Below, piece by piece: positions 23,570-34,635 of a DNA stretch of 64,000 bases (positions within the stretch are counted from its first letter, which is position 1; each line of letters begins with the position of its first letter). The notes below the pieces were generated by a model that ran no database searches, was not told the DNA's origin, and worked only from the letters and a program-made list of their open reading frames with translations. The DNA lies in NCBI GenBank assembly GCA_027592325.1, contig JAQCKO010000003.1, forward strand, positions 941 to 64,940, given 5' to 3'. This stretch comes from a bacterium. GTDB lineage: Bacteria; Patescibacteriota; Patescibacteriia; UBA9934. Position numbers and translations under genes: made by a program.

Positions 23570-24916
23570 ATGGCAAAGCAGCAATTCTTCGTTCAGGGGA
23601 CTTCATGTAAAAGTTGTGAGGTCATTATTGAACGAGAGCTAAAAAAACAATCTGACATCGTATCTGTTGATGTTTCCCATGTTAAACGTCAAATCACGAT
23701 CAAAACGTTGGGTGACCGAAGGTATTCTCACGAAGAAATACAAACAATTCTAGAAAAATTTAACTATACAGTTGGTACAAAAGATCAATCACGGCATCAA
23801 ATAAAGCCGGCAATAAACTGGCAGGGGGTCGGTGCCGCGGCGATCTTTGTGTTATCGCTCTATATCATTTTGGACAGACTTGGCTTACTGCGGCTTAGCC
23901 CTTCCTCTGCTGAACCGGCGAGTTTGATAGGAATCCTAGTCATTGGCTTCATTGCCTCTCTGTCATCTTGTACAGCAGTTGTAGGAGGCCTTGTTGCGAC
24001 CGTGAGCAGTGCTGTCGCTAAAGATCAGGTGAGGATGTCGTCGAAAGAACGCTTCATGCCGCATATTCTTTTTAATGGAGGTCGTATTCTGGGGTTCTTT
24101 ATCTTCGGTGCCCTTATTGGCTACGCTGGATCAGCACTACAACTTAGCCCAGCACTAAACGGTATTTTCGTTGTCGTTATTGCAATTCTCATGATCATTA
24201 TAGGCATAAACCTTATGGGAGTATTCCCGGCTCCTCTGATCGGTGTACCGAAATGGTTAGCGCATAGAGTACATGCTATCGCTGAGTCAAAAGATCCAAA
24301 AGCGCCAATGGTGTTAGGTGCCATGACGTTCTTTCTTCCCTGTGGATTCACCCAGTCAATGCAATTGTTCGCCCTGACCCTTCAAGATCCAATTCAATCC
24401 GGCCTCGTGTTGGCTGTTTTTGCCTTTGGAACGTCTCCGGTTCTTCTTGGTATTGGTGGAGCTATATCTTATGCTTCTGGAAATACCTTAAAGAACATAA
24501 CGCAATTCGCAGGAGTGATCGTCCTCATTCTTGGAATTAGCAATGTTGGGAATGGCTTTGCGCTACTCGGAGTAACGGCTGATCGCATATTTGCGAAATC
24601 AACACAGACAGGTGCTTCAGGAGGGGTGTTGATCGTAAACGGTCGTCAACAAATTGAAATGGATATGACGAGTCGCGGTCTTTATGACCCAGATGTTTTG
24701 TCGGTTCAAGAGGGAATTCCTGTCGATTGGATCATTAACGGAGATGACTTTATGGGCTGCGGAGACACCTTAATAATGCCTGCTTTCGGAATAAACACGA
24801 CATTAAAGACTGGTCCAAATCTTGTGCAGTTTACTCCTACGAAAACAGGCCGATATCCATTCAGTTGTTCAATGGGAATGATCCGTGGAACAATGGTCGT
24901 CACACCAGCAAGCTAA
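23570..24916 (+). CDS. HMA-domain / polytopic membrane (DsbD_2/TauE-like, two intramembrane Cys) / C-terminal cupredoxin-like fusion protein
   Basis: N-terminal ferredoxin-like HMA with TSCKSCE. About 6 TM helices with Cys in [11 protein letters not shown] and FFLPCGFT. C-terminal [18 protein letters not shown] beta-rich domain. Start trimmed from 23231 to the in-frame ATG 23570. Confidence 0.6.
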   Translation: MAKQQFFVQGTSCKSCEVIIERELKKQSDIVSVDVSHVKRQITIKTLGDRRYSHEEIQTILEKFNYTVGTKDQSRHQIKPAINWQGVGAAAIFVLSLYIILDRLGLLRLSPSSAEPASLIGILVIGFIASLSSCTAVVGGLVATVSSAVAKDQVRMSSKERFMPHILFNGGRILGFFIFGALIGYAGSALQLSPALNGIFVVVIAILMIIIGINLMGVFPAPLIGVPKWLAHRVHAIAESKDPKAPMVLGAMTFFLPCGFTQSMQLFALTLQDPIQSGLVLAVFAFGTSPVLLGIGGAISYASGNTLKNITQFAGVIVLILGISNVGNGFALLGVTADRIFAKSTQTGASGGVLIVNGRQQIEMDMTSRGLYDPDVLSVQEGIPVDWIINGDDFMGCGDTLIMPAFGINTTLKTGPNLVQFTPTKTGRYPFSCSMGMIRGTMVVTPAS

Positions 24917-24917
24917 T

Positions 24918-27035
24918 ATGAAAAAACATACATTCAAAATCTCAGGCATGCATTGTGCGTCCTGTGCTGTCAAAATCGAAGGAGCTCTGCAGAACCTTCC
25001 GGAAGTAAAAAATGCTTCTGTTAATTATGCAACAGCAGAAGCTCATGTTGAATCAGAATCAGAGGATGTAAAACACCTTCATGACGTCGTTATTGACGAG
25101 GGATACAAGGTTATTAGCGGTGACGCAAAGCATGAACACTATAGCGATGCAAGGCAAGGCAAGAAAAAGGCAATCATTGCAAGCGTGTTGGCATTGCCAG
25201 TCTTCATACTTGCAATGTTTATGCTTGATGTTCCGTACAGGCCTTACATTGAAGCAATTCTCACGTACATCATTGTTTTTGGCCCCGGAATGGAGTTTCA
25301 CAAAATGGCTTGGAAGCAACTGAAGAGGAGGAGGGCGAACATGGACAGTTTGATTTCCATGGGAACGCTTGCAGCAACCGCGTTCAGTAGTTGGTCGTTA
25401 ACTCAAAACGGGGCAGTCTATTTTGAAACAGCTGCCGTTATCACTGCACTTATTCTCGTAGGTCGATATCTCGAGGCGTATAGCAAAGGTCGTGCCGGTG
25501 AAGCAATCCAAAAACTGTTAGAGTTGGGGGCAAAAACGGCGCATCTCGTACAAAAAGATGGATCAATCAAAGAAGTAGATGTCACCTCCTTACAAGTAGA
25601 TGATGTTGTACTCGTAAAGCCAGGAGAAAAAGTACCGCTAGATGGAATGGTTGTAGATGGTTCAACACGTATTGATGAGTCTATGCTGACGGGCGAGAGT
25701 CTTCCTGTAAAAAAGACTCTGAAGCAAGCGGTGTATGGAGCAACGGTAAACCAGACGGGCGTGATAAAGGTTCGCATAACGGCCGCATCAACAGAATCAG
25801 TATTGGCTAGCATTATTGAATTGGTAAAAAACGCGCAGGCAGAGAAAGCTCCAATGCAAAAGCTTGCTGACCGAATTTCAGGAGTTTTTGTTCCGGTTGT
25901 TATAGGTATCGCTCTTTTGACATTTGTTATTTGGCTAGTAGTGACAGGGAGCATTGAGGAGTCACTCATACCCGCAGTTGCGGTATTGGTGATCGCCTGT
26001 CCATGTGCACTTGGACTTGCTACACCTACGGCCATACTTGTTGGAACCGGTCGAGCGGCAAAAAGCGGTATCTTCATTAAGTCCGGAGAGGCGCTTGAGC
26101 GCGGTAAAAATCTTGATATTGTAATGCTCGACAAAACGGGAACAATTACCAAAGGAAAGCCTGCAGTTACAGATATTATTCCTAATGGAGTTCCTGACAA
26201 TGAGCTTCTCTCCATCGCTGCATCGGTTGAGGTACATTCAGAACATCCGCTTGCAGCTGCGATCGTTCGGTCAGCAGAAGAGAAGAAGCTAAAATTACCG
26301 AAGGCATTGAATACTCAGTCAGAAACCGGAAAAGGAATGTTTGGCATTGTGAACGGAGAAGAAGTTCGAGTCGGACGAAAAGGGTTTATTTTAGGATCGG
26401 AAGCTATTCCCAAAGCGGACGTTGAACGACTGGAAAATGAAGCAAAAACGGTTATATTTGTATCACGTGGTCATGAATACGTTGGCGCAATTGCCGTTAG
26501 CGATCCAATAAAAGATGGAGCGATTGAGGCTATTCAACAACTGCGTGCGTTACATATACATCCAGTCATGCTGACGGGGGACAATAAAAGAACAGCGGAA
26601 GCGATTGCGAAACAAGTCGGCATCAAAGATGTTCATGCTGAAATCTTTCCAGAGGATAAATTACATCTTGTGAAGCAGGAGCAAAAGAATGGGAAGAAAG
26701 TGGTATTTGTTGGTGACGGTATTAACGACGCTCCAGCACTAACGCAGGCGGATTTAGGGATAGCTATGGGAACGGGGACCGATATAGCAATCGAATCGGG
26801 ACAGATTGTCATAGTTGGCGGTGAAGCCACCAAAATTCCTGAAGCAATCCGTATTTCTCGAAAAACGGTTAGTACGATTAAACAGAATCTGTTCTGGGCG
26901 TTTCTCTATAACACGCTCGGCATACCGCTGGCTGCATTTGGATTACTTAATCCTATGATCGCTGCAGGAGCAATGGCTTTCTCGTCGATATCAGTATTGT
27001 TGAACTCCCTTCGTCTTCGTAAAATCAACAAATAG
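24918..27035 (+). CDS. copA: copper-translocating P1B-type ATPase
   Basis: N-terminal [21 protein letters not shown] motif [16 protein letters not shown] phosphorylation site and GDGINDAP hinge. Start overlaps the stop of the upstream fusion gene. Confidence 0.9.
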   Translation: MKKHTFKISGMHCASCAVKIEGALQNLPEVKNASVNYATAEAHVESESEDVKHLHDVVIDEGYKVISGDAKHEHYSDARQGKKKAIIASVLALPVFILAMFMLDVPYRPYIEAILTYIIVFGPGMEFHKMAWKQLKRRRANMDSLISMGTLAATAFSSWSLTQNGAVYFETAAVITALILVGRYLEAYSKGRAGEAIQKLLELGAKTAHLVQKDGSIKEVDVTSLQVDDVVLVKPGEKVPLDGMVVDGSTRIDESMLTGESLPVKKTLKQAVYGATVNQTGVIKVRITAASTESVLASIIELVKNAQAEKAPMQKLADRISGVFVPVVIGIALLTFVIWLVVTGSIEESLIPAVAVLVIACPCALGLATPTAILVGTGRAAKSGIFIKSGEALERGKNLDIVMLDKTGTITKGKPAVTDIIPNGVPDNELLSIAASVEVHSEHPLAAAIVRSAEEKKLKLPKALNTQSETGKGMFGIVNGEEVRVGRKGFILGSEAIPKADVERLENEAKTVIFVSRGHEYVGAIAVSDPIKDGAIEAIQQLRALHIHPVMLTGDNKRTAEAIAKQVGIKDVHAEIFPEDKLHLVKQEQKNGKKVVFVGDGINDAPALTQADLGIAMGTGTDIAIESGQIVIVGGEATKIPEAIRISRKTVSTIKQNLFWAFLYNTLGIPLAAFGLLNPMIAAGAMAFSSISVLLNSLRLRKINK

Positions 27036-27138
27036 CCTCACTTTATGATTTCTAGTTGCACGAATTGAATCCGATCGAACGTAGCGTTGACGATTTCGCT
27101 GTTCAAAATTCATAAGTTGTCTATACTGCCTTAAAATA

Positions 27139-28394
27139 TTGTTATTATTGAATACTATGCGAGTAGCGATTATTGGCGGGGGAGCGGCCGGAATGATGTG
27201 CGCGGCGACGTTGCAGGAAATGAATTCTGCTACCGATATTTTTCTTATTGAACGAAATCATAGTCTTGGGAAGAAGGTCATTATTTCTGGCGGAGGCCGT
27301 TGCAATGTAACTACCGGAATTCACGATGTAACAACTGTACTCACCAACTACCCGCGCGGGAATAAATTTTTAACCTCGGCGATGTATGGATTCCCTCCAG
27401 AGGCTGTGTATGCGTGGTTTGAAATGCATGGAGTGCCCCTGAAAACGCAGCCAGATGAACGTGTCTTTCCGGTTTCTGACAACGGGGAAGATGTCGTTGG
27501 TGTATTTGAGAGGCTTTTTGAGAAATCTCGTGTACATGTCTTAGTGAATCATTCAGCTATATCGGTAAAAAAGAACGGGAAGCAGTTTGCCATCGTATGT
27601 AAAAGCAAGCAGGAGGTTCTGCTTGTCGACAGTGTTGTTATCGCTACGGGTGGACAAGCCTATCGACAGACCGGTTCAACAGGAGATGGGTATGCATTCG
27701 CCTCGGAACTTGGTCACACAATTACCCCGCTTGCACCAAGTTTAAATGCATTTTTTACAAAAGAACAGTGGCCTGCAGACATTTCAGGTCTTTCGTTCCA
27801 AGACGCACTCATTACGGCTTTTGGGAACAGGCACATTTTCGAGGACCGTTTCTCTTCACACATAAGGGGATTAGTGGACCTGCTGTTTTTGCACTTTCAG
27901 CGCTGACGGCATTTGAGTTTTATGACAGAGAACATCCGCTGAGAATTGTGATTAATCTCTTTCCGCAAGATAGTATGGAGGAATTATTTCGTCGTTTAAA
28001 GGAAATTATTAACCATGCTGGAAAAAAACAGTTTTCGACCGTCTTAGGAAAGATTATCCCAAAGTCGCTTGTAATGATCGCCTTGCCGTTCTTAAAGATT
28101 TCGCTTTCTCGCCGAGCAAATGGTGTGTCAAATGTTGAGTTGCGCTGTCTTGTAGACTGGCTTATGGCAATCCCTCTGCATGTGATACAAAGGGGGGCTG
28201 GTGATGAATTTGTCACTGCGGGTGGGGTAGATCTTTCAGAAATCGACCCTTCCACCATGCAGTCAAAGGTTTGCAGAAACCTTTACTTTGCGGGAGAAAT
28301 TTTGAATGTGGATGGGTTTACGGGCGGCTTCAATTTGCAAGCATCTTGGGCGGCAGGCAGAGCAGCGGGAACTGCGATTGGGAAGTATGAGTAA
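27139..28394 (+). pseudogene. HI0933/BaiN-family NAD(P)/FAD flavoprotein, split by a frameshift
   Basis: N-terminal half 27139-27906 carries VAIIGGGAAGMMCAA and GGGRCNVT. C-terminal half 27768-28394 in another frame carries the conserved FLFTHKGISGPAV. The frames overlap 27768-27906, consistent with a single-nt indel near 27825-27860. Confidence 0.6.
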
Positions 28395-28604
28395 ATAGGA
28401 ATTTGCTATGAAGACCAATCACGATGAATTACTCGTTCTTGGGATTGCACTTCTCAATGAAAGTCGAGATCAAATATAAATGACAGCGCGTCAACTCATC
28501 ATTACTTGAAGAGTTGTAGCGTGGTTTTGGGTAGGCATTGGTGTTCAATGGATATTATTGAGGTAGCGTAAGCATAATTTGAATTAGGTGATATTTATAT
28601 CAAC

Positions 28605-29153
28605 TCACCCACCATGCATTCGCTTTCGCCATGCATAGGTCACGTTACCGATGATGAATCCAGCGAGTATGGTTCCCAAATAGATGAGTATCGCACTTTC
28701 TATACTAATTGGAATGCGTGGCAAGGCGCCAAGAATAAGCGCGCTGGTCCATGAGGTAACTGAAATGCTTGCAAGGAGGATGATGTACGGGATATCTTTT
28801 TGAAAGGTCTTTTCTTTGAGGAGATGTTTATTCAGGTGACGCTTCAAAAGGGGAAGCGAGTAGAGGTGCAGCAAACATCCATTCACGGTCACAATCCCGA
28901 CGATAATCATTTTTGTGAGAAATTTCGTCGAAGCTAGATAGCCTTGCGGGTCAGAAAGAAATAGACCAACTCCTGATGCAATCAGGAGAAAAAGACCAAA
29001 AATCACCACATAGCCAGCGCGATGTAAAATCACATATTCGTTTTTGCTCAGACGATGATCTCTCAGCGCAGTCAAAATAATGACATCGGAGGTATAGGCC
29101 CCGCCAACACCAAGTGCGACGCCGAGTAGGTGAAATATGAGAAACATATGCAT
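28605..29153 (-). CDS. polytopic membrane protein, hypothetical
   Basis: 182 aa with about 5 hydrophobic helices. Confidence 0.5.
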   Translation of the reverse strand: MHMFLIFHLLGVALGVGGAYTSDVIILTALRDHRLSKNEYVILHRAGYVVIFGLFLLIASGVGLFLSDPQGYLASTKFLTKMIIVGIVTVNGCLLHLYSLPLLKRHLNKHLLKEKTFQKDIPYIILLASISVTSWTSALILGALPRIPISIESAILIYLGTILAGFIIGNVTYAWRKRMHGG

Positions 29154-29609
29154 GTATGATACATGAGCTGTGAGGTGCTTCTAGCAATCCTCCTCAAATT
29201 GCTACAAAAGAGCTGAGATATTGAATATCCAGCTGACACGGAAGAATATGCATATCCCCGAGAATAATGTGAAGAATCCGCTCTTGGGGATTTCCGGGAG
29301 CGATATCTGATCGCTACATCAAAAGCTCATTCGTGAAGAGAAGTACACTATCGCGATCATTCAACAGCGGGGTACACCGCCGAATATCACGCGGTATTTA
29401 GAAACGATTTTGTCACCTAGGGTCAATTTTGAGGATAGCCTTAGCAATGATAATAATTTCACTACATCACTTATTGTCTAAAAGCATAACAAGAAGTACT
29501 CAGTTGGCTATGCGTCGATTGCTCGTCGTCATATGTCAAACGCAATGGAAAATGCTGATATTAGCGTTCTGTTGATGTACTAAGTTCAGCCTATGCTAAA
29601 CTCGAGGAT

Positions 29610-30500
29610 ATGAATCAGGAACAATTAGATCGAATAAAGAACGGTGACGGCTTTCTTGCCGCGCTTGACCAAAGTGGGGGATCAACACCTAAGGCACTTG
29701 AGGTATATGGGATTTATCAGGACGACTATGCATCAGATGACGAAATGTTCCATTTGGTGCATGAAATGCGTACGCGGATGATGACATCACCGGCTTTCAC
29801 GGGAGAGAGAATACTCGGTGCCATTTTATTTAAGGAAACCATGGAGCGTCAGGTTGAAGGGAAAGATACAGCCGATTATCTTTGGGAAGAAAAACACATT
29901 GTCCCGTTTTTGAAAGTTGACAGTGGACTTGCAGAAGAATCCGGTGGTGTGCAATTGATGAAGCCAATGCCAGATATTGATGTTCTGCTCGAACGCGCCA
30001 CGCAAAAGCATATCTTTGGGACAAAAATGCGCTCAGTGATACATCGGCTTGAACCTGACGGGATTAAGGCAGTCGTCAATCAGCAATTTGAAATCGCGCG
30101 CCTAATCATGAAGCACGGGCTAGTACCGATTATCGAGCCAGAGGTGAGCATTGCGGCGACTGGTAAGGGAAAGATCGAAACCATGCTTCAGCAAGAAATT
30201 GCGGCAAAGCTGAATACGCTCGAAGATGACAAGCTTGTTATGCTCAAGCTAACACTACCAGAGCAAGATAACCTATACTCAAGCCTTGCTGCGCATCCTA
30301 ATGTCATTCGCATTGTGGCGCTTTCGGGTGGGTATAGTCAGGAAGAGGCGGTGAGAAGACTCTCTCGAAACACAACTATGATTGCTAGTTTTTCCCGCGC
30401 GCTTTCAGAGGGCCTTTCGGTTCATCAAACTGACGGGGAGTTTTCAAAAGTGCTCAATAATTCGGTACAAACCATTTACGAAGCATCAAGAACGGAGTAG
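29610..30500 (+). CDS. fba: fructose-bisphosphate aldolase, class I
   Basis: N-terminus [21 protein letters not shown]...FLKVDSGL closely matches Gram-positive class I FBA (Fda type). 296 aa. Confidence 0.85.
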   Translation: MNQEQLDRIKNGDGFLAALDQSGGSTPKALEVYGIYQDDYASDDEMFHLVHEMRTRMMTSPAFTGERILGAILFKETMERQVEGKDTADYLWEEKHIVPFLKVDSGLAEESGGVQLMKPMPDIDVLLERATQKHIFGTKMRSVIHRLEPDGIKAVVNQQFEIARLIMKHGLVPIIEPEVSIAATGKGKIETMLQQEIAAKLNTLEDDKLVMLKLTLPEQDNLYSSLAAHPNVIRIVALSGGYSQEEAVRRLSRNTTMIASFSRALSEGLSVHQTDGEFSKVLNNSVQTIYEASRTE

Positions 30501-30514
30501 ATTTTGCTAGAAAT

Positions 30515-32320
30515 TTGCGGTATAACGCGCATATGCTAAAACCGCTCCTCAGTATAAAAAACGTCTCAAAATCATTTGGTCTGCAGCAAGTGCTTGATCA
30601 AGTGTCGTTTCAGGTTTCTGAGGGGCAAAAAATCGCGCTTATTGGGCGGAATGGGGCAGGGAAGTCGACGCTATTCCACATACTCACTGGTGACCTTGAG
30701 GCCGACGACGGACTGGTGCAATTTTTCGATCGCGCGCATATTGGCGTTATTCGTCAGAATGAAGTATTGCCAGGCGGCGTATCGGTGAAGCAATTCTTGG
30801 AATCAACGAGCGGAAAACCGGAGTGGGAGGTGAAAAAACTGGCGTCTCGCTTCGGATTGCATGGAGATGACCTCATGAAAGCCCCCACGGAACTTTCGGG
30901 TGGGTATCAAATGCGCGTGAAATTAACCGCGATGTTTTTAGGTGATCCAAATCTACTTCTACTCGATGAACCAGTGAATTATCTCGATCTACAAACTCTG
31001 CTCATGCTCGAAGACGTTCTTTCGGAATACCGTGGTGCTTTTATTCTAATCGCGCATGATCGAACATTTTTACAGCATACCTGTGACATGACCTTTGAAA
31101 TCGAACGGGGAATACTCACAGAATTTGACGGCGATATTGAAACGTATTTGGAGTGGAAGAAAGAACAGCGTGAATTTACGCTGAAGACAAACAAAAAACT
31201 TGCTAAAGAGATTCGTCATAATCAAAAATTTGTTGATCGATTTCGGTATAAAGCGAGTCAGGCTTCACGCGCACAGAATAAGCTGAAACATATCAATCGT
31301 TTAAAAAAGCAGGTGTATGCGATCGATGACGCTCTAAAAACAACACGCATTCAAATTTCTTGTGAGAGATGGCATACCGGACCTGCGCTCCGTATTAATG
31401 ATCTTGCGATTGGATACGCGAGCCATGTCCTTGCAGACCACATTGATCTTGAAATTCAGCGCGGGGAAAAGGTTGTCATTGCCGGCGAGAATGGAAGGGG
31501 AAAGTCGACGTTTCTGAAGACGATTACGGGGAAGATTGAACCACTCGCAGGTTCGGTGAAGTGGTGGAAGCATGCAAGTATTGGCTACTATGATCAAATG
31601 ACGAATAAGTCACTCAACGCGAGTGATACCGTGTTGAAGCATCTACAGGCTTCCGCGCCGCATGACGTCGCAGCAGAGCACATTTTAATGATGGCAGGGA
31701 ATTTTCTCTTTCGCGGGAATGATTTAGATAAAACGGTTTCGGTGCTTTCGGGCGGGGAGAGGGCCCGCCTTGCGCTCGCGGGGCTATTACTCAAACGTCA
31801 CACGATTTTGGTGCTTGATGAACCAACGAATCACTTGGACGTTGAAACGGCGGAAGCCCTTGCACTCGGGCTTAAAGCATATGAGGGAACAGTGATCGTC
31901 GTTTCACATGCGCGAACATTTGTATCTTCGCTCGTTGATCGGGTTTTTTGTATTGATCATGATGGCCTACGCGAATTTATGGGGGATTATGGCGCATACG
32001 TGGATTACTTGACTGATCTTGCGAAAGCAGAAATAGCAGACTCACTTCCTGAAAAAACAACCGATGTACGAAAAGAGGAGCGCAAATCCGCGTATGCGCG
32101 CGTACAAGGGCTGAAGCGTACGCTTGTTCAATTAGAAAGAGAGTTGGAAAAGCTTGAATCAGAGAAAAGCACGATTATGCAATTTTTCTTCGATAATCCT
32201 TCTGATTATGCTCCATCAAAAGCAGAACGGCTGACGGAGCTGAATGAGTATATTCAATCAGCGGAAACAAAATGGCTTGAGATGCAGGAGGAGATGATAC
32301 GATTGAGAACTGCTGAATAA
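30515..32320 (+). CDS. ABC-F family ATPase (two ABC cassettes, no TMD)
   Basis: Walker A GRNGAGKST and GENGRGKST. Signatures LSGGYQMRVKL and LSGGERARLALA. Inter-domain linker and C-terminal coiled-coil. Start may be at 30533. Confidence 0.85.
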   Translation: MRYNAHMLKPLLSIKNVSKSFGLQQVLDQVSFQVSEGQKIALIGRNGAGKSTLFHILTGDLEADDGLVQFFDRAHIGVIRQNEVLPGGVSVKQFLESTSGKPEWEVKKLASRFGLHGDDLMKAPTELSGGYQMRVKLTAMFLGDPNLLLLDEPVNYLDLQTLLMLEDVLSEYRGAFILIAHDRTFLQHTCDMTFEIERGILTEFDGDIETYLEWKKEQREFTLKTNKKLAKEIRHNQKFVDRFRYKASQASRAQNKLKHINRLKKQVYAIDDALKTTRIQISCERWHTGPALRINDLAIGYASHVLADHIDLEIQRGEKVVIAGENGRGKSTFLKTITGKIEPLAGSVKWWKHASIGYYDQMTNKSLNASDTVLKHLQASAPHDVAAEHILMMAGNFLFRGNDLDKTVSVLSGGERARLALAGLLLKRHTILVLDEPTNHLDVETAEALALGLKAYEGTVIVVSHARTFVSSLVDRVFCIDHDGLREFMGDYGAYVDYLTDLAKAEIADSLPEKTTDVRKEERKSAYARVQGLKRTLVQLERELEKLESEKSTIMQFFFDNPSDYAPSKAERLTELNEYIQSAETKWLEMQEEMIRLRTAE

Positions 32321-32434
32321 ATACAAAAAACAAGTCGCTATTTTTGGCGCAACTGAGAAAAACATTTTATCTATTGACAGCAAGCTATTATTGGTGTAGT
32401 ATCGTCTATTCGCACAAAAAAGCGACAAAGAATT

Positions 32435-32872
32435 ATGTATAACAATAAAAAGCGTTCGAATGGATTCGGACAAAAGAGAAATGCATACGGAGGTGGCGGT
32501 AGAAGTCATAGTGGAGGAAATGACCGTTTTTCTCAACGAAGCGAGAGTTTTAAGGCAAATTGTGCACAATGTCATAATGACTGCCATGTGCCGTTTAAGC
32601 CGAATGGACGCAAGCCCGTGCTTTGTTCTGACTGTTTTGGTAGGCAACAAGGTGGGGGGAATGATCGTTCAGATCGTTCAGATCGTTTCAATCGTTCGGA
32701 TCGATTTGATCGATCGGAACGAGCACCTTCGCGGCGTTCATTCGATGGACCTCGTGTAAAGCGACAATCAGATGACACAGGGCTACAAGATGAACTAAAG
32801 CAAATTCGGAAAAAGCTTGAACAGATCCTCGAACTCATGCGAGAAACAAGTGTTGACGAACAAAACGACTAG
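32435..32872 (+). CDS. Arg/Gly-rich zinc-ribbon protein with tandem RSDRF repeats
   Basis: CAQCHNDC-x17-CSDC four-Cys ribbon. N-terminal GGGGRSHSGG and repeat RSDRSDRFNRSDRFDRSER encoded by tandem 9-12-nt DNA repeats. C-terminal helix. Confidence 0.55.
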   Translation: MYNNKKRSNGFGQKRNAYGGGGRSHSGGNDRFSQRSESFKANCAQCHNDCHVPFKPNGRKPVLCSDCFGRQQGGGNDRSDRSDRFNRSDRFDRSERAPSRRSFDGPRVKRQSDDTGLQDELKQIRKKLEQILELMRETSVDEQND

Positions 32873-32982
32873 TCAGCAATAATGAAAACAGGCCCAATGG
32901 GTCTGTTTTGTCTCCTACCCTGCAATGCATTGCTTTTTTACGAAAAACAAGGTTGAATGTAGCTATTTTTACTGCCCAACAT

Positions 32983-34449
32983 ATGTCGCAAACAAATAGC
33001 GTTGTCAGATTCGATACCGTCACATTTGCCTACGATGACGGCAAAAACACCCTCAATGAGGCGAGTTTTTCGGCACGAGAAAATACCAAATATGCTCTGA
33101 TGGGTCAGAATGGAGCAGGGAAGAGTACATTATTTAAACTCATCGCGGGCGAACTCGCACCAACGTCTGGGAAGATTCACCTCGCGCATGGTGCAACAAT
33201 TGCCATTGCAAAGCAGGTCATGGACCGTGAACATCATGAAAAAACAGTGCGTGCATATCTTTCTAGTGCACTCACAGAAGTACCGCGAAATATTGATAAA
33301 CGTATTACAGAAACGCTCGAGGTAGTGAATTTTGCGGTACCGCTTGAAAAGACAGTTGGCGAGCTTTCCGGTGGTCAACAAGCACGACTTCTACTCGCGC
33401 ATGCCCTTATTCAAGAGCCCGATATTCTCCTTCTTGATGAGCCGACAAATAATCTTGATGCCGAGGGCATTGGCTATTTAACGGCGTTTATTTTGATGTA
33501 TCCAAAAACGGTTCTTGTCATTTCGCATGACGCAGACTTTCTCAATAGCTTTACGGAAGGTGTTTTCCATCTTGATGTGTATACGGGGAAGGTCGATAAA
33601 TACGATGGAAACTATACTGATGTTGTTGAGGAGATTTCTGCACGCGTTGAGCGCGAACGAGCAAAAAATGCACAGCTTTTAAAGACCATCCAGGACCGTA
33701 AAGATAAAGTGAACTTCTTTTCGCATAAAGGAGGGAAGATGCGTAAACTCGCAAGCAAGCTTCGTGACGAGATCAAGGAGGCTGAAGAGAATATGGTCGG
33801 GGTGAGACGTGATGACAAAACGATTCGTGACTTTATTATTCCTGCTGAGGAGTGGAAAGAAGAAGTCGTGACGATTGATGCGGTGAAGGTAATGCTCGAT
33901 CACGAACCCCACCAAGTGAATGTTGAAGTGCGTTTGCGAAGAAAAAATCACTTGCTAGTGAAGGGCCCAAATGGAATCGGAAAATCGACTCTACTTCGAT
34001 CCCTTGCCGATGGTACAAATTCGGATGCAAAAATCGCTGAAGGGGTAAAAGTAGGGTATTACCGACAGGATTTTTCAGGGATTGATTTTTCGCAAACTGC
34101 GTATGACTCGCTGGCATCAATCATGGACGTTCCTGATGAAGAGCATATTCGTCATATTGCATCGGTATTCTTGCTAAGTCGTCCCGAACTTGCAACTACG
34201 GTGGGATCGCTTTCTGAAGGCCAAAAAGGATTGCTATGCTTTGCACGATTTGTTCTACAGGAACCTGGCCTCATTATTCTTGATGAGCCTACGAATCACA
34301 TCAACTTCAGACATATTCCTATTATTGCAAAGGCTATTAATGCTTACGAAGGTAGCTTGATTGTTGTGAGCCATGCGGAAGAATTTGTCTCCCAGCTAGT
34401 ATTTGATCAAGAGCTTGATTTGTCACATTTGATGAAAAAAATTGCGTAG
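32983..34449 (+). CDS. ABC-F family ATPase, second paralogue
   Basis: Walker A GQNGAGKST and GPNGIGKST. Signatures LSGGQQARLLLA and LSEGQKGLLCFA. Start trimmed to ATG 32983. Confidence 0.85.
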   Translation: MSQTNSVVRFDTVTFAYDDGKNTLNEASFSARENTKYALMGQNGAGKSTLFKLIAGELAPTSGKIHLAHGATIAIAKQVMDREHHEKTVRAYLSSALTEVPRNIDKRITETLEVVNFAVPLEKTVGELSGGQQARLLLAHALIQEPDILLLDEPTNNLDAEGIGYLTAFILMYPKTVLVISHDADFLNSFTEGVFHLDVYTGKVDKYDGNYTDVVEEISARVERERAKNAQLLKTIQDRKDKVNFFSHKGGKMRKLASKLRDEIKEAEENMVGVRRDDKTIRDFIIPAEEWKEEVVTIDAVKVMLDHEPHQVNVEVRLRRKNHLLVKGPNGIGKSTLLRSLADGTNSDAKIAEGVKVGYYRQDFSGIDFSQTAYDSLASIMDVPDEEHIRHIASVFLLSRPELATTVGSLSEGQKGLLCFARFVLQEPGLIILDEPTNHINFRHIPIIAKAINAYEGSLIVVSHAEEFVSQLVFDQELDLSHLMKKIA

Positions 34450-34635
34450 ACAGATAATTTTTCTTTGGTGTGTTGATGCGGATTTGTAAGCAACCTCGGG
34501 ACGAAATTCACCCCTTGAAGTAAGTACAGTGGTAATTTTACTGAACCCGCCTTACTGAAATTTGGTTCTCGTTCCTGCGGTGATCGTAGTCATGATCGAT
34601 AGATCATTCACGTTATAAATATGTGATAACCGCCG

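Noticed and set aside
25418-26215. 265-aa minus-strand ORF antisense to copA, plus other antisense ORFs 25059-25319, 25962-26237 and 26633-26833
   Set aside because: Ser/Thr/Ala/Pro-rich low-complexity translation of the copA antisense strand. copA carries all P-type ATPase motifs.
32680-32725. Tandem 9-12-nt DNA repeats (GATCGTTCA...) as a standalone repeat element
   Set aside because: They lie in-frame inside ORF 32435-32872 and encode the RSDRF peptide repeat. They are coding microsatellite-like variation and not a separate feature.
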